Source of the DNA: Oikopleura dioica
Lineage: Eukaryota; Animalia; Chordata
Assembly (NCBI GenBank): GCA_907165135.1
Contig: OU015567.1
Location: forward strand, 5,952,001-6,016,000
Length of the DNA: 64,000 nucleotides
Direction of reading: 5' to 3'
The notes beneath the pieces were generated by a model, which was not told the origin of the DNA, did no database searches, and saw only the letters and a program-made list of their open reading frames with translations. This document shows positions 58,064 to 64,000 of this stretch, piece by piece. How positions within the stretch are numbered: position 1 is the stretch's first letter; every line of letters starts with the position of its first letter. The position numbers and the translations under genes were made by a program.

Positions 58064-59894
58064 ATGACCTGGCCCCTCAAATGCGACGACATAGATGACG
58101 AGCAAGAAATCATAGCATGCACCAACTCGCCGGTCGCAGTTTACATTAGCTGCGTTCTTATCAGCATCATTCCCGGCTTGACCATTTTCTCTTTCCTTTG
58201 GCGAAGAAGCCGGCTTATTTGAGCGTCACAAATGTTCTCCTCGCTTTCGGCATGTCTTTGTCAACCGGGTCACTGTTCTATCTGCTCTTTCCTTCGTGCT
58301 TGGAAGACAAGAAGAAGTTTGAAAATGAACATACCTTGCTGAGGCATGTTGGTTCCATTTTGTGCTCCTGCGTTTGGTTTTTCTTTATTTTCGATCGACT
58401 CACGAAGGTACTACGATTCTCATATACTATTAAAAATCGAAAAGCCGCTTGCGGCTTTTTTTATTTTAGCTCGAAAGTACGATGAATAATCGAAAAGCCG
58501 CTTGCGGCTTCGAGCTAAACAAATACATTAGCTGCGCTTCGCGCGGCTATTTTTATTTCTGCTCGAAGCCGCAAGCGGCTTCTCGGTTTTTATTTAGAAA
58601 ACGGAATCGAGATATTTTTAGCTTTTTCGCGGAAAGAATGCTGGAGCAAGAGCGAAAAGCGAAGTCGGAGAGTTTCAAGTTTGAAGAAATTCCGTACCAG
58701 CGAAAGCGAGAAACGATGATGAAGATTCCGCAAAATACTTTTGGCGATCGAAAAACGGCGATTTACGAGACATCTGGTGGAAGAATCACGATCGCTGGGG
58801 ACGCTTTGTCGACGCATGGGTCGATGCATCGAAGCACCAGAGCGTTCAAAAGCAGCAGGACGACGAGAATGACGTTTATTCAAGCGGCCTCGTCGACGAC
58901 GGACTCGGTCTATTCCATGAGCCACATTGGCTCGATGAGTCGCGAAGAAATCGCCAACGCCATCGCCGGTGTCGGAAAAGCAGGACTCGTCAATTTGCAA
59001 AGCGATGTTCGTTTCAACAAAGTCCGGCTGCCCAAAAAGAGCGATTTCACTCTCAAAGGACTCGACAAGGTTAAACGATATGCATGGCTGGTTCTTTTGC
59101 AAAACGGCTTTGCGACTTTCTGCGCTGGAATGGTCATCGCTGCCAGTTTTTACATCTCCCTTGCTGAGGTAAGAATTGAGCTATTAGCTTAAAGCAATCT
59201 GTGTAGAAAACCTGAGTCAGGGTCTAAAGATCTTTAGTGAAAAGCCGCGTAGCGGCTTTTTTAAACGAATCTGCGAAGCGGCTTCGCATATCATATGCGG
59301 CATATGTCACCAATCTAATCTATGATTAAATTTTCGCGGCTTCTCTCTCAAAAAATCCGAGAAGATCTTTCAGACCCTGACTCAGGTTTTCTAACACAGA
59401 AATATTTTAATATGAAACAAGGGAATCATCATCGCCTTCTCGTTCATCTGGCAGGAAACGCTCCATCGCTGCGGAGACTACATCACTCTCATCAAAAATG
59501 GCGTGAACCCGCTTCAGTCGATGTTTTTCATCTTTCTTTCGTCGATCATGGTGATTCCAGGCGCGATTCTCGGAATGTACATTTCTCATGATCACCAAGA
59601 ACAGGTCAGTCCGATTCTTCTTCTTAAAGTAGCGGTTCTTATTTAGTGGATTTTTGCCTTGGGCTGTGGCTATTTTATGTACAACTCGTTTGGAATCGTT
59701 TTGCCGGAATTGGACGAAGCTGAGGCCAGATCAGTTTGGCTTGAAGGTTAGATCAATTGGGGAGAGAGACAATGAACCCTTTTTTAGCAAAACCGATGAA
59801 GCCCTTTATTCTCCAGAACTCCGGCTTGGCAGCAGGCTTTATCATCTGTGCTGTTTTTGCTTATGTCGAATTTGAAATCGACTGGAAATGGTGA
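58064..59894 (+). CDS. LIV-1 subfamily ZIP (SLC39A8/14-like) with degenerate metal-binding motifs, multi-exon
   Basis: LLAFGMSLSTGSLFYLLFP, AWLVLLQNGFATFCAGMVIAASF, WQETLHRCGDYITLIKNG, WIFALGCGYFMY..FGIVLPEL, FILQNSGLAAG. Confidence 0.78.
58437..58586. mobile_element. MITE family B with duplicated left arm, intronic
   Basis: tcgaaaagccgcttgcggctt at about 58437 and 58489, right arm gctcgaagccgcaagcggcttctcg. Confidence 0.8.
59198..59400. mobile_element. MITE family A, intronic
   Basis: ctgtgtagaaaacctgagtcagggtct ... agaccctgactcaggttttctaacacag. Confidence 0.85.
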
Positions 59895-60496
59895 AATTGG
59901 AATCAGAATCGGAACAAATTGGCCTCCAGGGAGAACATAAGTTTTTCTGTCAATAATTGGTCGTCTGTCTCATTTTCAACTATCAAATAAATTATATATT
60001 TATATATTTTTCTATGTTAAGGAAAAAAAATCTTCTCTTCCTTGATTGCAGCTTTAAAAAAGTGGCCACTGCCAAATGTTAGCTTTTAATATTCAATTTG
60101 TTCAGAAAGACATCCTTGTATAAATTCATCAGCTAAATCTGTGGCCCACAGACAGAATAAATGCAGTTTCTGAAGTGTTTCCTTTTATTTCAGATGATTC
60201 AAGGCCTAGCCATTGAATTAGAGGATTTAAGTGGGTTGAAGACGGACTGCATGAGAGGTTCGAATTGATAGATAAGTTTATGACTTGTGAAAATGAAGCA
60301 AAAGTCGAATCAGATGGAACTTCTGGATATGGAGCAGTTCGAAAAAGAGTGCCAGCAACTTCTCGACGAGTACATTTTCTTCAAGTTATTCAAAGATTCT
60401 GGGTCAGCTTCTTGGCAATTCTAGCTGCTCTTTATTTTATCGAAATAAACCTTATCCTGTTTATGCTACTTTCTTCCTTGATTTCACTTATTCTTC

Positions 60497-60566
60497 CTCT
60501 GTAAAAACCTGAGTCAGGTTTCTTAAATGCTTTCCTGACCCTGACTCAGGCTTTTTCCACAGGTTT
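60497..60566. mobile_element. MITE family A mini-hairpin remnant
   Basis: aaaacctgagtcagg...cctgactcaggc with a short spacer. Confidence 0.7.
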
Positions 60567-61454
60567 TCCAACTTTTAATCTTCAAATTTTTAATAATCAA
60601 AGTTTCTTTTTTGATATTATTTGATGTTATTTCGATTTGACAACTAATTAAGCGCTGACTAATTAAATATAAACAGCGATTTATGCACATGATAAAATGG
60701 TATAAACCAAGTCCAAATAACTCTCGGGGAACTTGGCAAGCAAAACGAAAACGCCGGAAAACGCCAGATGCGAAAATTTCAATCGTTCTGGGAAGAAGAA
60801 AAAAAGGGATGACGCGTCGTATGATGCGGCAGGTTGCAGTTTATTTTTGTTTAGCTTTTTTGATAATCCACAAAGGATTTGCTCTTTATCGCGCTTGTAG
60901 TTCAAATGCGAGAGTACACAAGACAGGTAAGTACACATTTAGGCCTTCTCGAGTCGATTCTTCTTTGATTTTCTGATGAAAAAATGCAGTAAAGTGTCTA
61001 TTAATTTGGCAAGTTGTTATTTTACTTTTCGTTTATGATGATTCTACACTGAAAATGCCTCAGAAACAATGTCCAAAGGCGGCAAACAAGGCTTAGTGTG
61101 ATATAAATATTATCATGATGCGGGTGACTAAAATAAAGAAAATCCTAACGCTAGAAAAAACGAAAAATGAAGCATCAGCTTGAAAAACACATTTTTCAAA
61201 TTGAATTTGGATTTTTTTCTTGTATTCAAGGTGCGGGGGTATTAATCGCCTGCCGGTCTTATTCGCAAAAACAAGCAAATTCTGCCGTTGATTTTTTTCA
61301 CAAAACGATAGTAATTTTTGATAATAAATAAAATGGCCAGGCAAAGCACCTGAATATCCAAATAGCGAGCTCGAATCGTTTCTTGGAGAAATAAATACAA
61401 TTTTACGCTGCGCGGCAAATGTATTAACGTTTTCATTTTCCGTTCTTCAGACTC

Positions 61455-61727
61455 CTTTTCTGTCTTTTAGATAGTGACACCCTTATTTTTTCACTTCTGA
61501 CTTCATTTTTTACCAGAAGGCGAAAATGAAAGAAACTAAAAATCGAGAAGCCGCTTGCGGCTTCGAGCAAAGGAGATTTAAGCCGCGCGAAGCGTAGCTT
61601 TTCTATCAATTTTTGCTCGAAGCCGCAAGCGGCTTCTCGATTTTTAGTTTCTTTCATTTTCGCCTTCTGGTAAAAAATGAAGTCAGAAGTGAAAAAATAA
61701 GGGTATCGCTATCGAAAAAGCAAAAGA
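61455..61727. mobile_element. MITE family B with extended (about 115 bp) palindromic arms
   Basis: acccttattttttcacttctgacttc...tcgagaagccgcttgcggc mirrored to ...gaagtcagaagtgaaaaaataagggt. Confidence 0.85.
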
Positions 61728-62199
61728 AATAAGCAAGTTTTGAAAAGTGTCATTTACTAGCAAGGTGCTGGTAAAAATTTGTTAAAATTCGATTACTCTG
61801 GCTCGAAAAATATTTTGTTATTGAATTATCCCCTTCAACAAAGCATCTTTTTCTCCTGCGTTTTGGCGTTTTTATTTTTGCGTTTCGGAATTATGGCGAA
61901 ATCCGGAGCGGAAATCAAATTTTTTCGTTTGTCGATCTTGAGAAATGATGCTCGGGGAGCTTTGCTAGGCGCGGCTCATCCGGCTCAATCTGAGAAGACT
62001 GAATAATGAAGACGCGCCTTATCCAAGTTGTCAAAACGGACATCGTAATTATTATAAAAATACCAAAAGGCCGAAAATCGAAACAAAAAATAGAAAACGA
62101 GAAACTAATTTTTCTAAAAATCGGCAAAATTCAAAACCCGGTTTCGAAAGAAAGAATTTTAAAAATAGAAAATTAAATCTGATAAGGCCGTTTGATCAA

Positions 62200-62527
62200 A
62201 AACTAGAAATCCTGCTAAGAAAACCTGAGTCAGGAATTGAAGGAGCTTCTTTTCAAATCCTGACTCAGGTTTTCTACACGGCATGGTGTCTGGAACCGAC
62301 AAAAAATTTCGACAGATTTTGCGTGGGCGGCTACTCGGCTGCTGATTGGCCGGTTTGCCGAATCCAGGCTTCTGATTGGCTGAAAATTTCCACGCAAAAT
62401 TTGTCGACATTTTTTGTCGGTTCCAGACACTATACAGTTTAGTCTATACTGTGTAGAAAACCTGAGTCAGGATTTCAAAAAGCTGTTTCGAATTCTGACT
62501 CAGGTTTTCTAAACAGGTTGCCAAGCC
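62200..62527. mobile_element. Composite palindrome: two family-A hairpins around an inner inverted repeat
   Basis: A-hairpins at about 62220-62278 and 62449-62520. Inner arms gtgtctggaaccgacaaaaaa / ttttttgtcggttccagacac. Flanked by direct repeat ttgatcaaaaac (about 62192 and 62528). Confidence 0.75.
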
Positions 62528-63146
62528 TTGATCAAAAACACTTTTTTTAAAGGACGGCAATTTTGACACACTCGAGAGTTGAAAAACTCAGTTTCAATTT
62601 GAAAAAGCTCAATATTTTGATTCTGTTGGAGCATTTCGATAAAAATCAAAACTTTTGGCACTTGAATCCGGAGATCGCTTCGAGTGTTGCCCCGTCATTT
62701 ACCGACCAATACCGGCCAATTTGGCTAAACACTAGAACAGGCCTGTAATTGCTCAGAATAACAGAAACATCAGCAAATAGTAGTATTTCAAATTGAGGTT
62801 GATTTTCCCGCAAATTTTTGCCATTTTTAATCATTTTTTTAATTTTCATTTTTTTATATTAAATTTTTGCGAATATATTAAATTTTTGCGTTTTTGCGGT
62901 AAATTATCATGTTGGGACTGGTTCCAATGATTATTGCGACTTTGGATATTTTTTATGCAGTTTTGGAGGCAATTTACAATTTTCCGCCTCATTATTGTCC
63001 CTGAGCCGACAACTCTGGCAGATATCGAGATATCTATTTTCTACCCGCAATCGCCGGTGATTATTTGTCCCACTGATTAGCGGACTATTAGCTAAGATAG
63101 AAGTTAGCTAAAATGACTTTCCAACGAGTCCCAAGGTCGATAACTT

Positions 63147-63232
63147 TGCGGCTTCGTTTCAAAAAAAAAGCCGCAGCGCGGCTTCTCATTCAAGCTCCTT
63201 CAGGCCCTGACTCAGGTTTTCTGCACAGGTTT
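63147..63232. mobile_element. MITE family A, partial (right half)
   Basis: gcggcttcg...aagccgcagcgcggctt...ccctgactcaggttttctgcacaggtt. Confidence 0.7.
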
Positions 63233-64000
63233 TTAATTCCAGGCCGGTTTTGTTGGCAAGTTTTTCAATTCCGAAATTCCAAAACTGCAAAATTTTCCAA
63301 TAAGTTTTGATATTTGTTATTCGCTTCACTTTGTGCCGGGATTCAGCTGCGTCCAAATATGCGCCCGTTAGAGCAGCCGCTTCACCTCCACCGCCGATTG
63401 CTTGCTGCGCGCAATCAAAAATTAATCACACTGACACCACCAAAATTACGCCACCTGCAAACTCAAAATCATGCAAAAAGAAGCAACCATACAAATTTTC
63501 AGCTAACACAAAAAAAAAATTAATCTATTTTGAAATTTCCGATTTTAGCAAAGTGATACCCTTATTTTTTTGAATCAATAAAATGTTCGGTTTTTAGTAA
63601 AAAAAATGCCAAAAGCAATGTTCGTTCTAAAACGCATATAAAATAGTAGTAAGTAACTTAGCATCTAAAATAAATGACTCGGGCTGACCTCAATCAAATA
63701 ACCAAATAACTTTTCTTCAAAGTGATTTTGTTTAGTTTTTCGGTTTTGAGTAAAAACGTGTTTTGGAAGAAAGATAAGCCGGTTACATACACAATCACTT
63801 CTACCTAAATGCAGTTCTAGCGCCCGAATCGAGCTTCTTTCTTTTAAAAATGCGGAATTGGCAGATTTGCCGATTCATTATTTTTCATTTTGCGGTGAAT
63901 TTTTAATTGATTTTGATTGACAATCAAATTTGAAGGTAAATCTGGATATTGACAAGAAGCCACGCCTCATATCAAAAAAGCCACCTGTAAAGCATAACTA

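Noticed and set aside
60195-63573. Short ORFs (60265-60504, 60683-60976, 63307-63573) as a defined gene
   Set aside because: There may be exons (signal-like MMRQVAVYFCLAFL with a gtaagt donor near 60927), but no recognisable product or reliable exon chain.

Overview
Gene-dense eukaryotic (animal) DNA with very short introns (mostly 40-60 nt), some non-canonical GA-AG/GG-AG introns, and runs of co-oriented genes whose ATGs follow unpaired TTTCAG-type acceptors. This fits the larvacean tunicate Oikopleura dioica (inference). Genes: a cholinergic locus (VAChT upstream of ChAT, minus strand); CutA, OXA1L, a mini-collagen and CHP1; an operon-like plus-strand run RALGAPB-TM9SF4-EXOC7-GIGYF-RecA-fold gene-VPS72-NTF2-SNX14-ZupT-like; DNAJC12 nested antisense in EXOC7 intron 1; a degenerate LIV-1 ZIP; and several orphan secreted or small proteins. 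Mobile DNA: a young Ty3/gypsy element (identical 256-bp TA...CA LTRs, 4-bp TSD) inside an NTF2 coding exon; a 5'-truncated Penelope-like element with inverted terminal copies, each carrying a minimal hammerhead ribozyme; at least three MITE families; and foldback palindromes. Highlights: (i) two MITEs sit inside coding exons (VAChT, DNAJC12) and supply splice sites that could restore the frame, i.e. candidate introner-like intron birth; (ii) a two-hairpin RNA module is duplicated before gag and after pol in the LTR element; (iii) the Penelope hammerheads. Most frameshifts are 1-nt losses in homopolymers and look like consensus errors. Exon boundaries were read by eye, and no database searches were run.
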